64,000 nt of DNA from an uncultured Desulfobacteraceae bacterium (GCA_964539365.1 CAZIIV010000001.1:12637-76636), one strand, 5' to 3'. Shown: positions 9,984 to 20,586, counted from the first letter of the stretch. Notes: generated by a model not told the origin, from the sequence alone. Numbers and translations are program-made.

Positions 9984-10784
9984 TCAATTCCCCGCACTTT
10001 CCTTGAGCTTAAAACTTCCTTCCTTAAAAAGAACATCTTTTAACCATTTAAGACCAAATTTCAGCAGGGCAATCTCATCTTCCCGGATCTTCTCAACGGT
10101 GGCATTGTCGATATGGTACCGGTTCAAAAAGGAGCTTTCAAAAACAAACTCTTTAAACTTATCGATATTGTAACTGACTAAAAAAAACATTTTTTTGCTC
10201 TGTTCAATAAGCTTGAGATTCGGGGGAAAAGATCTTTTTCTCACTACAAGATCAGTCCAGCCGGCATTAATTTCATCATGGATATCAACGCCCTGATCTT
10301 TCCGCCATTCCCGGACCGTCCATTCTTTTTTTTCTTCAAAGCCCAGACAGTGCGGTTCATTCACAAAAAAATAGAACCCTTCATCATCAACACCCGCCCT
10401 GTGACTCAGCGACGCAACGCCAAGGGGATAATAACGGCACGTCGTGGGTCTGTCTTCATAAATGATACACCCGTTGTCGGTTACAAATGGGCATGATTTT
10501 AAATCATCGTCCATCATCCTCAGAGTAACCATGGGAAGATCTGTCTTTTCCAAAAGACGGGGAAGCGTGTACATTGCTAAAAATTCATCTGAAGAAAGCT
10601 GCAAACGGTTTTTAAGCCTGATAATGTCATAGGGAGTTAATGCGATATTAATATTTCTACAGCACTTGGTAAAACATTTCACCCCTTTATGACATTCAAA
10701 CTTGAATTTACTTTCCAAATTAAGCCTTACCGGTTTGATATCGGCCATTTTCTCTGATATGGTCATATTGATTTTCCTTTCCAT
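9984..10784 (-). CDS. YkgJ-family (UPF0153) putative zinc/iron-chelating Cys-cluster protein
   Basis: N-terminal 'CHKGVKCFTKCC' Cys cluster followed by 'LTPYDIIRL'. Later 'CPF' and 'TCRYYP' motifs fit this family. Confidence 0.65.
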   Translation of the reverse strand: MERKINMTISEKMADIKPVRLNLESKFKFECHKGVKCFTKCCRNINIALTPYDIIRLKNRLQLSSDEFLAMYTLPRLLEKTDLPMVTLRMMDDDLKSCPFVTDNGCIIYEDRPTTCRYYPLGVASLSHRAGVDDEGFYFFVNEPHCLGFEEKKEWTVREWRKDQGVDIHDEINAGWTDLVVRKRSFPPNLKLIEQSKKMFFLVSYNIDKFKEFVFESSFLNRYHIDNATVEKIREDEIALLKFGLKWLKDVLFKEGSFKLKESAGN

Positions 10785-11116
10785 TTTGTATTGAAGAACT
10801 CAGATTTCAGACTTTAATATCCAAAGCGCACAATGTCAACCTGCGAGAAAAATACAGGCAGGGAAAACGCATTTGAACCCCACAATACCGGGGGAACACG
10901 CTGTGGCTATGCTGCACCGAAATCAAGTGCGTGTATCTTGAAAATACCGGTTGGTGTTCAGCGAAACACTCTTGAAGAAATTTTGATCTTGATTTCAATG
11001 GTAAAGATGCTATAGATCTTAAATCAAATTTTAGTAACTTCTCAATAAGTTCCGGTGTGTTTAAGGGTGATATTGAGCCGCCATAATTTATTATTAATTA
11101 ATCTTGGAGGTTTTTG

Positions 11117-11560
11117 ATGGACAAACTGAACGCTTTTGAATTTAAACCCGGCCGCCGTTTTGCAGGACGTCTTCCTCATGGCAAAGATTTGATCAGATCT
11201 ATCGAAGATTTTTGTAAAGCGTCGTCAATACAAATGGCTACCTTTTCCGTTATCGGTGCAGTATCTTCTGCGACTCTGGGGGCATATGATCAAAAACAGC
11301 AGGTTTATGCAACATTCACTAAAGAAGAACCGCTTGAAATAGTAAGTTGCACCGGCAATGTCTCATTGTTGGATCAAGACTCGGTGGTACATGCTCATAT
11401 CATTCTGGGAAACCTGGAAGGAAAAACCACAGGCGGACATGTTTTTTCAGAAACCATTATTTATGCCGCAGAAATTGATCTTCAGGAATTAACCGGAGAC
11501 CCTCTGGAAAGGGCTTACGATGATACAACAGGACTTATGCTGTGGAAAATATCGGAGTGA
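11117..11560 (+). CDS. PPC (DUF296) domain protein
   Basis: About 147 aa. Matches the DUF296 pattern by eye ('GRLPHGKDLIRSIEDFC...ATFSVIGAVSSATLG...HAHIILG'). GGAGG RBS. A TTG at 11114 is the alternative start. Confidence 0.8.
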   Translation: MDKLNAFEFKPGRRFAGRLPHGKDLIRSIEDFCKASSIQMATFSVIGAVSSATLGAYDQKQQVYATFTKEEPLEIVSCTGNVSLLDQDSVVHAHIILGNLEGKTTGGHVFSETIIYAAEIDLQELTGDPLERAYDDTTGLMLWKISE

Positions 11561-11587
11561 AATTTTAAATTCTTTGAGGAGGCAGAA

Positions 11588-12649
11588 ATGCAACTGACTG
11601 TTAAAAAAGCTGGTCAATTAAAAGCAAAACCCGAGGATTCTAAACTTGGTTTCGGCAGCATTTTTACGGATCATATGTTTAACATGGATTACAACCCGCA
11701 AGATGGATGGCATAACCCACGCATAGAGCCCTATGCATCCATAGATATGGATCCCGCAACCATGGTGCTTCATTATGGTCAAGGTGTTTTCGAAGGGCTC
11801 AAGGCGTTCAGGACGGAGTCAGGGGATGTCCAGCTTTTTCGGCCCACTGATAATTTCAAGCGGTTAAACAACTCCGCGCGTCTCCTCTGTATTCCGGAAA
11901 TTGATGAGGTATTTGCCTTGGATGCTCTTAAGCAGTTGCTTGTTATTGAAAAAGACTGGGTGCCATCTATGCCGGGGACTTCCCTTTACATACGCCCCAC
12001 CATCATCGCCATGGATCCCTTTTTAGGTGTGCGCGCTTCTCATACCTACCGTTATTTTATTATCCTTTCTCCGGTGGGCGCTTATTATGCCGAAGGATTT
12101 AACCCCGTTAAGATATGGGTCACCCGCAACCATGTCCGAGCGATACGGGGCGGAGTGGGTGAGGCCAAAACGCCGGGCAATTATGCAGCCAGCCTGTACG
12201 CCGGCGAACAGGCCCATCAACACGGTTATACTCAGGTGTTGTGGCTTGACGGTGTTGAGCAAAAATATATTGAAGAAGTTGGGGCCATGAATATATTTTT
12301 TGTTATAAACGGTGAGCTGATCACGCCCATGTTATCCGGAAGTATCCTTCCCGGCATTACCAGAGACACTGTGATTACCCTTGCAAAACAATGGGATATC
12401 AAAGTGGCAGAACGCAAAGTCAGCATTGATGAGGTGTTGGATGCCCATAAAGCGGGAAAACTCGAAGAAATTTTTGGATCCGGAACCGCGGCGGTTATCT
12501 CTCCTGTGGGAGAAATCAAATACGGCGAGACTGTCATAACCGTGACAAACGGCAAGGTCGGTCCCATGGCCAACAAGTTCTACAAAACGATCACAGATAT
12601 TCAATACGGCAATATTAAAGATCCGGCAGCATGGATAGAAAGGATATAA
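11588..12649 (+). CDS. ilvE: Branched-chain amino acid aminotransferase (class IV)
   Basis: 353 aa with 'FGSIFTDHMF', 'LHYGQGVFEGLKAFR' and 'GEAKTPGNYAASL'. Strong GAGGAGG RBS. Confidence 0.9.
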   Translation: MQLTVKKAGQLKAKPEDSKLGFGSIFTDHMFNMDYNPQDGWHNPRIEPYASIDMDPATMVLHYGQGVFEGLKAFRTESGDVQLFRPTDNFKRLNNSARLLCIPEIDEVFALDALKQLLVIEKDWVPSMPGTSLYIRPTIIAMDPFLGVRASHTYRYFIILSPVGAYYAEGFNPVKIWVTRNHVRAIRGGVGEAKTPGNYAASLYAGEQAHQHGYTQVLWLDGVEQKYIEEVGAMNIFFVINGELITPMLSGSILPGITRDTVITLAKQWDIKVAERKVSIDEVLDAHKAGKLEEIFGSGTAAVISPVGEIKYGETVITVTNGKVGPMANKFYKTITDIQYGNIKDPAAWIERI

Positions 12650-12653
12650 AAAA

Positions 12654-14057
12654 TTGCATGTGCCTGAAAATTCAGACAACATAAAATATCTTCCGTCCTT
12701 TATTTCAAAGATGGAACGCGAGAAATTTCCCCCTTTGGTTATTGATACGTTTACGTATTATTATAAAAAGATTGTTTCCGGAGCAACAGGCCTTATCTCT
12801 GATAAAGACATAAGGCCCGTTGCTTCGGATGAACTTGAAGATGCAACTCGTATTAAAGAATATGCCGAATCCGGGCGGAAAGCATTGCGTCATGCGGTTA
12901 TCATCAAACTGAACGGTGGTCTGGGTACCAGCATGGGCCTCACAAAGGCAAAGTCTCTTTTAACGGTAAAAAATGAAAAAACATTTTTGGAAATCATCAT
13001 AAGGCAGGCAGAAACATGCGGGGTAAAACTGGCCCTTATGAACAGTTTCAGTACACATGAAGACACCATTAACGCCCTCTCAAGGATCAAGCCGTCAGAT
13101 TTTCCTCTTTTATTTGTTCAGAATAAATTCCCCAAGATCCTTCAGGAAAATCTTGCTCCCGCCACATGCCCCAATAATCCGGATCTGGAATGGAATCCCC
13201 CGGGGCACGGTGATATATACTCGGCAATTTATACATCCGGCGTATTAAGTAGCCTTCTGGAAGACGAAATAGAGTATGCCTTTATTTCAAACTCAGACAA
13301 TCTGGGTGCTACCATGGATGAATCGCTCCTGGGGTATTTTTGTGTAAACCGACTTCCCTTTATGATGGAGGTGGTTCCAAGAACACCGTCAGATGTAAAA
13401 GGCGGACACATCGCCAGACACATAAACGGTCGTCTGATCTTGCGTGAAGCGGCCCAGTGCCCGAAAGATGAAATGGAGGCGTTTAAAGATATACAACGTT
13501 ACCGGTTCTTCAATACAAATAACATATGGATAAATCTTAAGTCTCTTAAAAAGCTTATTAAGAAACATAATACCATAAATCTTCCCATAATCAAGAATCA
13601 GAAAACACTTGATCCGAGAAATGAAAGCACCCCAAAGGTATTTCAGGTTGAAACCGCCATGGGCGCTGCCATATCTCTGTTTGAAGGCGCCGCTGCCATA
13701 CGGATTCCTGCGTCCCGTTTTTTCCCGGTAAAAAAATGTAACGAACTTCTTGCCATAAGATCGGATCGTTTTGTGTTTTCAGAAAAAGACAATCTGATTT
13801 TAAATCCTAAGATAGGATCACGGTCCATAAGCATAGCTCTTGATCCAAAGTATTACGGGAAGATAGATAGTTTTGATGAAAGATTTTCAGAAGGAGTTCC
13901 ATCCCTGATCGATTGTGACTCTCTTACCATTGAGGGTGATGTGCGTTTTGAAAAAAACGTAACCATAAAGGGGAAAGTTGTGATCAAAAACAATGGCGAA
14001 TCCCAAGCGATTATTAAACAGGGGTCAGTGATAGACAAGGATGTGAACCTTAACTAG
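12654..14057 (+). CDS. UTP--glucose-1-phosphate uridylyltransferase (eukaryotic-type UDPGP family)
   Basis: 'KLNGGLGTSMGL' nucleotide-binding motif, 'NSDNLGA' and 'VETAMGAA'. Start is uncertain: TTG 12654, GTG 12660 or ATG 12711. Confidence 0.85.
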   Translation: MHVPENSDNIKYLPSFISKMEREKFPPLVIDTFTYYYKKIVSGATGLISDKDIRPVASDELEDATRIKEYAESGRKALRHAVIIKLNGGLGTSMGLTKAKSLLTVKNEKTFLEIIIRQAETCGVKLALMNSFSTHEDTINALSRIKPSDFPLLFVQNKFPKILQENLAPATCPNNPDLEWNPPGHGDIYSAIYTSGVLSSLLEDEIEYAFISNSDNLGATMDESLLGYFCVNRLPFMMEVVPRTPSDVKGGHIARHINGRLILREAAQCPKDEMEAFKDIQRYRFFNTNNIWINLKSLKKLIKKHNTINLPIIKNQKTLDPRNESTPKVFQVETAMGAAISLFEGAAAIRIPASRFFPVKKCNELLAIRSDRFVFSEKDNLILNPKIGSRSISIALDPKYYGKIDSFDERFSEGVPSLIDCDSLTIEGDVRFEKNVTIKGKVVIKNNGESQAIIKQGSVIDKDVNLN

Positions 14058-14074
14058 TGTTCATCCAGAAATGG
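14057..14074 (+). repeat. Solo copy of the 18-bp terminal repeat of the 16.4-kb MITE-like element
   Basis: GTGTTCATCCAGAAATGG matches GTGTCCATCCAGAAATGG (16421-16438) at 17/18 positions. It overlaps the UGPase stop codon. Confidence 0.5.
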
Positions 14075-14131
14075 TCTTTTTGCCCAATCTCTGCCCACCT
14101 GGAATAATGGAATGATAATGTAATTGAGGGG

Positions 14132-14737
14132 CTATGGTTTTTTAAAAAAAGAAGAATATTCCATGACTTTTTTTACATAATTCTCCGTCTCTTTAAAGGG
14201 AGGGATTTGTTTGTAACGATCAACCATATTGGGCCCGGCATTATAGGCGGCCAGTGCCATGGGCAGTTCTCCGTTAAAGCGTCTAATAAGCTGTTTTAAA
14301 TAACGCGTTCCCCCCATTATATTTTCCCATGGATCAAAGGGATCTTTTATATTAAGGGCTTTGATATTTTCGGGCATAATTTGCATAAGACCTATTGCAC
14401 CGGCACTTGAAATGGCCCGGGGATTAAAATCCGACTCGATTTTAATCAGCGCTTTGAGCAGTGAAAAGGAAATTCCATGGCTTTTAGATGCTTCTGTTAT
14501 CAGGTCATCATAACGGTTGAAACCGTCAGTCACGTCTGAATCCGAAGGCAGAGGAGGTTTTTCCCTGATAAAGACTTTATAATCGGACGATGTCGGCACA
14601 TTGGTAAAATGAAGTACCCCCTCACAGTCCATATGCACGTATATATCCGCATAAAGAGGCACGGGAGGTGTAACTACGAGTAAAGCCGAAAAAAAGACCG
14701 GTATAAAAAAAAGTTTAATAATCCCACGGGTCATCAT
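14132..14737 (-). CDS. Lytic transglycosylase (SLT domain) with N-terminal signal peptide
   Basis: 'ESDFNPRAISSAGAIGLMQIMP' and 'AAYNAGP' are SLT family-1 motifs. Hydrophobic N-terminus. Confidence 0.85.
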   Translation of the reverse strand: MMTRGIIKLFFIPVFFSALLVVTPPVPLYADIYVHMDCEGVLHFTNVPTSSDYKVFIREKPPLPSDSDVTDGFNRYDDLITEASKSHGISFSLLKALIKIESDFNPRAISSAGAIGLMQIMPENIKALNIKDPFDPWENIMGGTRYLKQLIRRFNGELPMALAAYNAGPNMVDRYKQIPPFKETENYVKKVMEYSSFFKKP

Positions 14738-14876
14738 TTGATAGAATTTTAATAAACCGTATGCCCAGTTTTTTTGTTTGCAAATGCAGACATGGTCAGG
14801 TATTTATTTTGATATAATTAATTATTATAACCCATTTTTAACCCATTTGTCTTTAGTTTTCCGTAACCGTTAAAAA

Positions 14877-15347
14877 ATGACACAAAATATATCGTTAAAT
14901 ACCCGATGGTTGAGGCTTTTCTCACGGGTTGTTATCATAATATTTATTTCTGGGATCTTATCCTGCGGGGATAATACCGGCAATAAGACTCGAGATCCCC
15001 TTGCCGATTCCGGCATTAGATATATAGACAGCATGGAACAGTTTAATAAAATCATCCAAACATCAGGAGGCCTCCTGATGTTTGATTTTTACGCGGACTG
15101 GTGTCCTCCCTGCAAAGAGATTGAACCCGCGCTAAAGAAAATTGCGAAAGAAAAAAGTAATATGGTTACGGTATATAAAATTAACATTGATCGGAACCGA
15201 GCGCTTGCGGATTCCTTTCGCGTCAACGGCATTCCTCACGTTGTTTTTTTTAAAAACCAGGAACCCGTCCTTGCCCTGAGTGGGGTGTATCCAAAAAACA
15301 TGTACTTAAAACTTGTGGAACGATTTTCAGCTCCCGCTGAACTTTAG
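14877..15347 (+). CDS. Thioredoxin-family protein, probable lipoprotein
   Basis: 'WCPPCK' redox motif inside a thioredoxin-like region. N-terminal 'FISGILSCG' is lipobox-like. Confidence 0.8.
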   Translation: MTQNISLNTRWLRLFSRVVIIIFISGILSCGDNTGNKTRDPLADSGIRYIDSMEQFNKIIQTSGGLLMFDFYADWCPPCKEIEPALKKIAKEKSNMVTVYKINIDRNRALADSFRVNGIPHVVFFKNQEPVLALSGVYPKNMYLKLVERFSAPAEL

Positions 15348-15439
15348 TCTATTTATTTGTAATTGTTACTCTTTTTATGGTAAAAAATTCTAACCATATA
15401 ATTTCTCTATTACAAATAATTGAATATTTCTGATTGAAT

Positions 15440-15838
15440 TCACATGTTTTGTAAGAGCTTTTTCACCTCATTGCCGTCTGCTGTTGCTCCGAAATGTTTC
15501 ATAATTAAGCCCATGGCCTGCATTTTGTTTTTAAATTCCGAAAAATCAACATGTTGCTCAATCCACTTGGCAATTTCCTCTTGGGTTGCCATTTTCGGCA
15601 AATAATTTTCAATGATTTTAACAAATGCAGAATCGCCCTCGACACCTTTTTTATCGAGCATTTCTTTTTCTGATTTTATTAATTTTTTCAGAATTTTTAC
15701 AACTTCATCATTGGACAGCTCCTTTTTGTCGAGCCTGCCGAACTCTCCCAGAATCACCCGAAGCGTATCTTTTTTTTCTTCATCTTTCGCTTTCATGGCA
15801 GCAGTTAAATCACTTTTGATTTGTTTTTGAAGATTCAT
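15440..15838 (-). CDS. GatB/YqeY domain protein
   Basis: 132 aa with '[10 protein letters not shown]...LRVILGEF' and C-terminal 'MGLIMKHF...[10 protein letters not shown]', typical of YqeY. Confidence 0.85.
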   Translation of the reverse strand: MNLQKQIKSDLTAAMKAKDEEKKDTLRVILGEFGRLDKKELSNDEVVKILKKLIKSEKEMLDKKGVEGDSAFVKIIENYLPKMATQEEIAKWIEQHVDFSEFKNKMQAMGLIMKHFGATADGNEVKKLLQNM

Positions 15839-16349
15839 TTTTTACCTTTTTTTTATGTTTGATTAAAGCGTTGATTTGCTCAACTACCAGAAGGTCGGTT
15901 GGAAACGCTATTTGTTTCGGCAATTTATCCGGGGGAAAAAATTTCGCTTTACTGGCATCGGAACCGGCTTCGAGTTTGCCGCCCGTGTATGTCCCCAAGA
16001 ACCATATCCCTACGGTTTGATTTTCCAAGTCATGAAAATTAGAATGAACGGCAAAAACAGGCCCAACATCCACATCAAGTCCGGTTTCTTCTTTGAATTC
16101 ACGTTTGGCCGCCAGCCGAATGTCTTCATCGTATTCCACATGACCGCAGGGGATGCACCACATCCCCTCATAAGATCCGTTTCTTTTTACCAGGAGCATT
16201 TCATCGTTTTTTAATAAAACAACTGCTACTCCGACGGTTGGATTTCTGTAATGAGTCCATTCACACGGAGCACAATACAATCTGTTTTTGTTACCATTGG
16301 CTTTTGTCTGTAATCGATGCCCGCAAAATGGACAGAATTTGAAGTCCAT
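15810..16349 (-). CDS. NUDIX hydrolase with N-terminal zinc ribbon
   Basis: 'CPFCG...CAPC' zinc ribbon followed by a Nudix box '[22 protein letters not shown]'. I place the start at ATG 16349, because the longer track ORF runs into the repeat element. Confidence 0.8.
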   Translation of the reverse strand: MDFKFCPFCGHRLQTKANGNKNRLYCAPCEWTHYRNPTVGVAVVLLKNDEMLLVKRNGSYEGMWCIPCGHVEYDEDIRLAAKREFKEETGLDVDVGPVFAVHSNFHDLENQTVGIWFLGTYTGGKLEAGSDASKAKFFPPDKLPKQIAFPTDLLVVEQINALIKHKKKVKNESSKTNQK

Positions 16350-16420
16350 ATCTTCGTCCTTGAATTTTGTTTTACCCTGATTGTTCCATAGCGTGGGGAC
16401 ACCCCCACACCCCTTAGTTA

Positions 16421-16562
16421 GTGTCCATCCAGAAATGGTAGATTTTGGTTTCCGGCAAGGCCCGAGCGAGTTTTCAACCGCAGGCATAGCGCGCTATTTC
16501 GAGGATTGAAAACGAGCGAGAACGCCGCCTGGGGCCGAAAGATGCCATTTCCGGATGGACAC
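16421..16562. mobile_element. 142-bp MITE-like palindromic element with 18-bp terminal inverted repeats
   Basis: GTGTCCATCCAGAAATGG (16421-16438) and CCATTTCCGGATGGACAC (16545-16562) are complementary at 17/18 positions. The interior has a further imperfect inverted repeat around TTTTCAA/TTGAAAA. No coding capacity. Solo ends occur at 14057 and 34058. Confidence 0.6.
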
Positions 16563-16565
16563 GAG

Positions 16566-16796
16566 TTAATGATACCATGACTCCTGTTCTGCTTTTTCTC
16601 CGAGCATCTGTTTGATTTCGCCCACGCTATCCATGGATTTTCCTTCATCGTTAATCAAGGCCTCGACAACCGGTATCTCCATTCGAATAATCAATGATAC
16701 CAACCACCTGTCTCCAGCCAGCCGTCTTGAAGCATCATAGAAATTCAGCTTCATACCGTTATTTAACTTCATGATTTTTATAAGTTTTTCTTTCAT
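16566..16796 (-). CDS. Hypothetical small protein (C-terminus possibly truncated by the adjacent element)
   Basis: 76-aa ORF with a weak AAGGA RBS. Its stop codon lies 4 nt from the MITE-like element end. Confidence 0.4.
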   Translation of the reverse strand: MKEKLIKIMKLNNGMKLNFYDASRRLAGDRWLVSLIIRMEIPVVEALINDEGKSMDSVGEIKQMLGEKAEQESWYH

Positions 16797-16981
16797 ACAA
16801 AATCCTTATTTTTTTTTTAATTAAACAGATCAAAATTATTAAAAGACTTTCTAACAATTCCTGATTTTTTTTGCACTAGTTTTGTTTATATTTTTATATT
16901 TGCCACCCGGCCGTTTTTATTGCTATAATCACATTCCCAAAAAAACCTTTTTAACCTTTTGAAACACTTAGGAAGACTCAG

Positions 16982-18271
16982 ATGAAATATTTATCCGTTG
17001 ATAACAGACTGTTTATTGATAACAGAAAAAAATTCGCCGCGAAACTCAAACCCAATTCCATAGCCGTCTTGAATTCCAATGACATCATGCCCACCAGCGC
17101 AGACGGCGTAAGATCCTTTATTCAAAATCCGGATATTTTCTATTTGAGCGGAATCGATCAAGAAGAAAGCATGCTGGTTATTTTTCCGGATGCCAGACAA
17201 AAAAAACACAAAGAAATTTTGTTTGTCAAAGAAACCAATGAAAAAATTGTATTATGGGAAGGGCGCAAATATTCCAAAGAAGAGGCCACGGCGGTATCCG
17301 GGATCAAAACCGTTTACTGGACCGGAGAATTCGAAGCCGTTTTCAGACCGCTGGTGCTTGAGGCTAAGCGGATTTACTTGAACACAAACGAGCACCTGCG
17401 GGCGGATGTTACCGTGGAGACGAGAGATGCCCGTTTTTTAAAACAGTGCAAAAGATTATACCCGCTTCATGAATACAAAAGACTGGCTCCGATTATGCAG
17501 GGCCTGCGGGCCGTCAAATCTAATATCGAAGTAGAACTGATCAAGCAAGCGTGCAAGATTACCGAAAATGCATTTCGAAGGGTGCTGGGCTTTATACGAC
17601 CCGGGGTTTGGGAATTCGAAGTTGAAGCTGAAATTTACCATGAATTTTTAACCAACCGATCCCGGGGGCCGGCTTATACACCCATTGTTGCTTCAGGTCC
17701 TAATACCTGCATTCTGCATTATGTGCAAAACAACCGGCAGTGCAAAGATGGCGATTTGTTGCTTATGGATTTTGGTGCGGAATATGCGAACTATGCCTCG
17801 GATGTAACACGCACGGTACCGGTAAACGGTAGGTTCACCGAGCGGCAGAAAGAGATTTACCAGGCGGTATTACGGGTCCAGAAGGCAGCCGTTCAAATGC
17901 TCAAACCGGGAAATATCTTTGAAGAATACCAAAAAGAGGTCGGCCAAATCATGGAAAATGAGTTGATTGGTCTGGGCTTGCTCGATGCTGAATCGGCAAA
18001 AAACCAAAACCCGGATTCTTTGCTCTATAAAAACTATTTTATGCACGGCATATCCCATCATCTGGGGCTGGACGTTCATGATTTGGGAAATAACTACGGG
18101 AAATTTGAACAAGGCATGGTGGTTACCTGTGAACCGGGTATTTACATCAAAGAAGAGAATATCGGCATTCGACTTGAAAACGACATCCTGCTATCCAAAA
18201 ACGGTCCTGTGGATCTCACAGGCAATATTGCCATTGAAACAGAAGAAATTGAAGATTTAATGAATGCATAA
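16982..18271 (+). CDS. pepP: Xaa-Pro aminopeptidase (M24B family)
   Basis: 429 aa with an N-terminal creatinase/AMP_N region. M24 metal-ligand context 'LLLMDFGAEY..YASDVTRT', 'HGISHHLGLDVHD', 'VTCEPGIY', 'IRLEND'. Confidence 0.88.
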   Translation: MKYLSVDNRLFIDNRKKFAAKLKPNSIAVLNSNDIMPTSADGVRSFIQNPDIFYLSGIDQEESMLVIFPDARQKKHKEILFVKETNEKIVLWEGRKYSKEEATAVSGIKTVYWTGEFEAVFRPLVLEAKRIYLNTNEHLRADVTVETRDARFLKQCKRLYPLHEYKRLAPIMQGLRAVKSNIEVELIKQACKITENAFRRVLGFIRPGVWEFEVEAEIYHEFLTNRSRGPAYTPIVASGPNTCILHYVQNNRQCKDGDLLLMDFGAEYANYASDVTRTVPVNGRFTERQKEIYQAVLRVQKAAVQMLKPGNIFEEYQKEVGQIMENELIGLGLLDAESAKNQNPDSLLYKNYFMHGISHHLGLDVHDLGNNYGKFEQGMVVTCEPGIYIKEENIGIRLENDILLSKNGPVDLTGNIAIETEEIEDLMNA

Positions 18272-18383
18272 AAAACACATTGCTTATAAATGAACCTCGA
18301 TTATCTTAAGAAAAAAATTGCGGAGAGGATCTTTTATTCGCTAATTAATGACCGCGGATACTGGAAAAGACAAAATAACAGGG

Positions 18384-19118
18384 TCATTGCTTGTTGTGTC
18401 GTGATATTAATAAGGGACTTTTTTCGAGAATTCTTTTTTTTGCTTCATCCCGGGTAATAACCTGCCCCTCATTATCTATCAGTGTATTGTCATCAATAAC
18501 GAGAAGTCCCAAATTGGTCATTACATCCCGTTTGTATTCATACCGGCATTTCATTTTTTCCAATTTATATTTCATGAAGATCCAAACAAATCCGAAAACG
18601 GTAGCCACTGCAAAAACAACCCCCGAGATAATAAAAGCATAGTGAACGGCTTTTCCTCCTATTTCTCTTGATAACAGGATGAAGGTGTCCAACTTGGAAA
18701 AGAGTATCGACCCTATGCCCAGTAACAGCAGGCCCAGCAGAAAGGGCGCCTGACGAATGCAACCCATCAGCAGATTAAAATTATTCAAATATTTGTTTTT
18801 CTCATCGCTGTTTTCGGTTAATATGGTATTTTGGGGAGCGGGGTTGCCGAAGATAAACAGATTAAAAGCAGTTATACAGATACCCAGAAGAAATGTTATG
18901 GCGATGGGTGTCAAGAAAGATGCAAGAAAATAATATTTCCATGGAAACGGAATACCAATGGGTTTAAGCTGCAAAAGAAAACAAAGAAAAAAAATGATGA
19001 TTTCAAGAAAAAAAATCAGGCCGATGTAGAATTTTATAAATCGTTTTAATTCAAAATTATTAAAAAGAGTGGCTACGCCTATATATTTATTTTTATCTTG
19101 TTTATCTTGCTCAGACAT
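18384..19118 (-). CDS. Hypothetical polytopic membrane protein
   Basis: Four to five hydrophobic segments. I place the start at ATG 19118, which has a GGAGGAG RBS; the track ORF extends a further 28 codons. Confidence 0.6.
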   Translation of the reverse strand: MSEQDKQDKNKYIGVATLFNNFELKRFIKFYIGLIFFLEIIIFFLCFLLQLKPIGIPFPWKYYFLASFLTPIAITFLLGICITAFNLFIFGNPAPQNTILTENSDEKNKYLNNFNLLMGCIRQAPFLLGLLLLGIGSILFSKLDTFILLSREIGGKAVHYAFIISGVVFAVATVFGFVWIFMKYKLEKMKCRYEYKRDVMTNLGLLVIDDNTLIDNEGQVITRDEAKKRILEKSPLLISRHNKQ

Positions 19119-19207
19119 ATACTCCTCCAGCTTTTTTTTGTTCGTATAACAAAAAATTAAAAAAACAGCAATAAGATATCCTTTAAACCAGGGATAGTGC
19201 ACGGGGG

Positions 19208-20503
19208 ATGGATATTGTGACGGATCTACTCATACTTTGTCGGTTCATTTTGCTGGCAATCAGCGCATTGTTGTTAATTGTTGTCCTGATAAAATTAAAA
19301 ACAAATGCAAGCTCGGGAGTCGAAGAGGCGGTTCGCGAGGAACTGCGTTTGGGCCGCGAAGAATCGGCAAGAGCCTCGAAAAATCTCAGAGAAGAAGTTT
19401 CTGCAGGTCAGAGGTTTTCCCTGGACACGATGGTCAGGACCGTCGGAGAAATGGGCAAATCACAAAACGATCAACTCAACTCAATCGCCAGGCAAATACA
19501 GGAACTTACGGAATCCAACCGGATGGGAATCGAAAAACTGCGAACTACGATTGACGCACAATTAAAGCATCTTCAGGAAAGTAATGAGAGAAAACTCGAT
19601 CAAATGCGGGAGACGGTTGACGAGAAACTGCAAAGTACGCTCGAAAAACGGCTTGGACAATCCTTCAAACTTGTCAGCGAACGCCTTGAGGCTGTTCAGC
19701 ACGGTCTGGGGGAAATGCAGAATCTGGCGGCAGGGGTTGGTGATCTAAAAAGGGTTCTCACCAACGTTAAAGCGCGGGGCACCTGGGGAGAAGTCCAGCT
19801 GGGTGCACTTTTGGAGCAAATCTTAACTCCGGATCAATATGATAAAAATGTCCGTACGCGGGGAGATTCTCAGGACCGTGTTGAGTATGCCATTCGTTTA
19901 CCCGGTCACGACGATAATCCGGAATCTTGCGTCTGGATGCCCATCGACTCGAAGTTTCCTCAGGAGGACTATCTGAAGCTTGTGGAGTCCGCCGATACCG
20001 GTGACGGAGATGCTGTGCAAAAGGCCACTGCGGCCCTGCTCCGGTCGGTTCACGGCTCTGCAAAAGAAATTCGCGATAAACACCTCAACCCCCCGGCCAC
20101 CACTGACTTTGCAATTATGTTTCTGCCCACGGAGGGACTTTATGCAGAAGTCCTTCGTCAACCGGGCCAGGTTGAAAAGATACAGCAGGATTACCGTATT
20201 GTTGTTGCCGGGCCCACCACGCTTTCGGCGATCCTCAGCAGTTTACGTATTGGTTTTCGGACACTGGCCATTGAGAAGCGATCCAGTGAGGTTTGGAAAG
20301 TCCTTGCCGCCGTCAAAACGGAATTTGGGAAATTCGGTCATGTTCTGTCAACGGTAAAAAGGCAGTTGAATACGGCCTCTAACACCATAGAACAAACCGG
20401 AGTCCGAACTCGAGCAATGGAACGAAAATTACGCGCTGTGGAGGAACTGCCTTCAGAAGAAAGTACGGAGATCCTGGAATTGCCTGATTCAAAAATAGAT
20501 TAA
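19208..20503 (+). CDS. rmuC: DNA recombination protein RmuC
   Basis: 431 aa with an N-terminal TM, a long coiled-coil, and a C-terminal RmuC nuclease-like region ('RGTWGEVQL', 'DFAIMFLPTEGLYAE'). Confidence 0.9.
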   Translation: MDIVTDLLILCRFILLAISALLLIVVLIKLKTNASSGVEEAVREELRLGREESARASKNLREEVSAGQRFSLDTMVRTVGEMGKSQNDQLNSIARQIQELTESNRMGIEKLRTTIDAQLKHLQESNERKLDQMRETVDEKLQSTLEKRLGQSFKLVSERLEAVQHGLGEMQNLAAGVGDLKRVLTNVKARGTWGEVQLGALLEQILTPDQYDKNVRTRGDSQDRVEYAIRLPGHDDNPESCVWMPIDSKFPQEDYLKLVESADTGDGDAVQKATAALLRSVHGSAKEIRDKHLNPPATTDFAIMFLPTEGLYAEVLRQPGQVEKIQQDYRIVVAGPTTLSAILSSLRIGFRTLAIEKRSSEVWKVLAAVKTEFGKFGHVLSTVKRQLNTASNTIEQTGVRTRAMERKLRAVEELPSEESTEILELPDSKID

Positions 20504-20586
20504 AAATATTGTTTCCTAACTGAAACAAGCCGGAACCAAACATGATATTTTAAGAATTGAACTTCCTGTGCCATTTAAGGAATAGA

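Noticed and set aside
16350-16487. 46-codon N-terminal extension of the NUDIX ORF
   Set aside because: The extension reads through the terminal repeat of the MITE-like element. The zinc-ribbon domain starts right at Met 16349.
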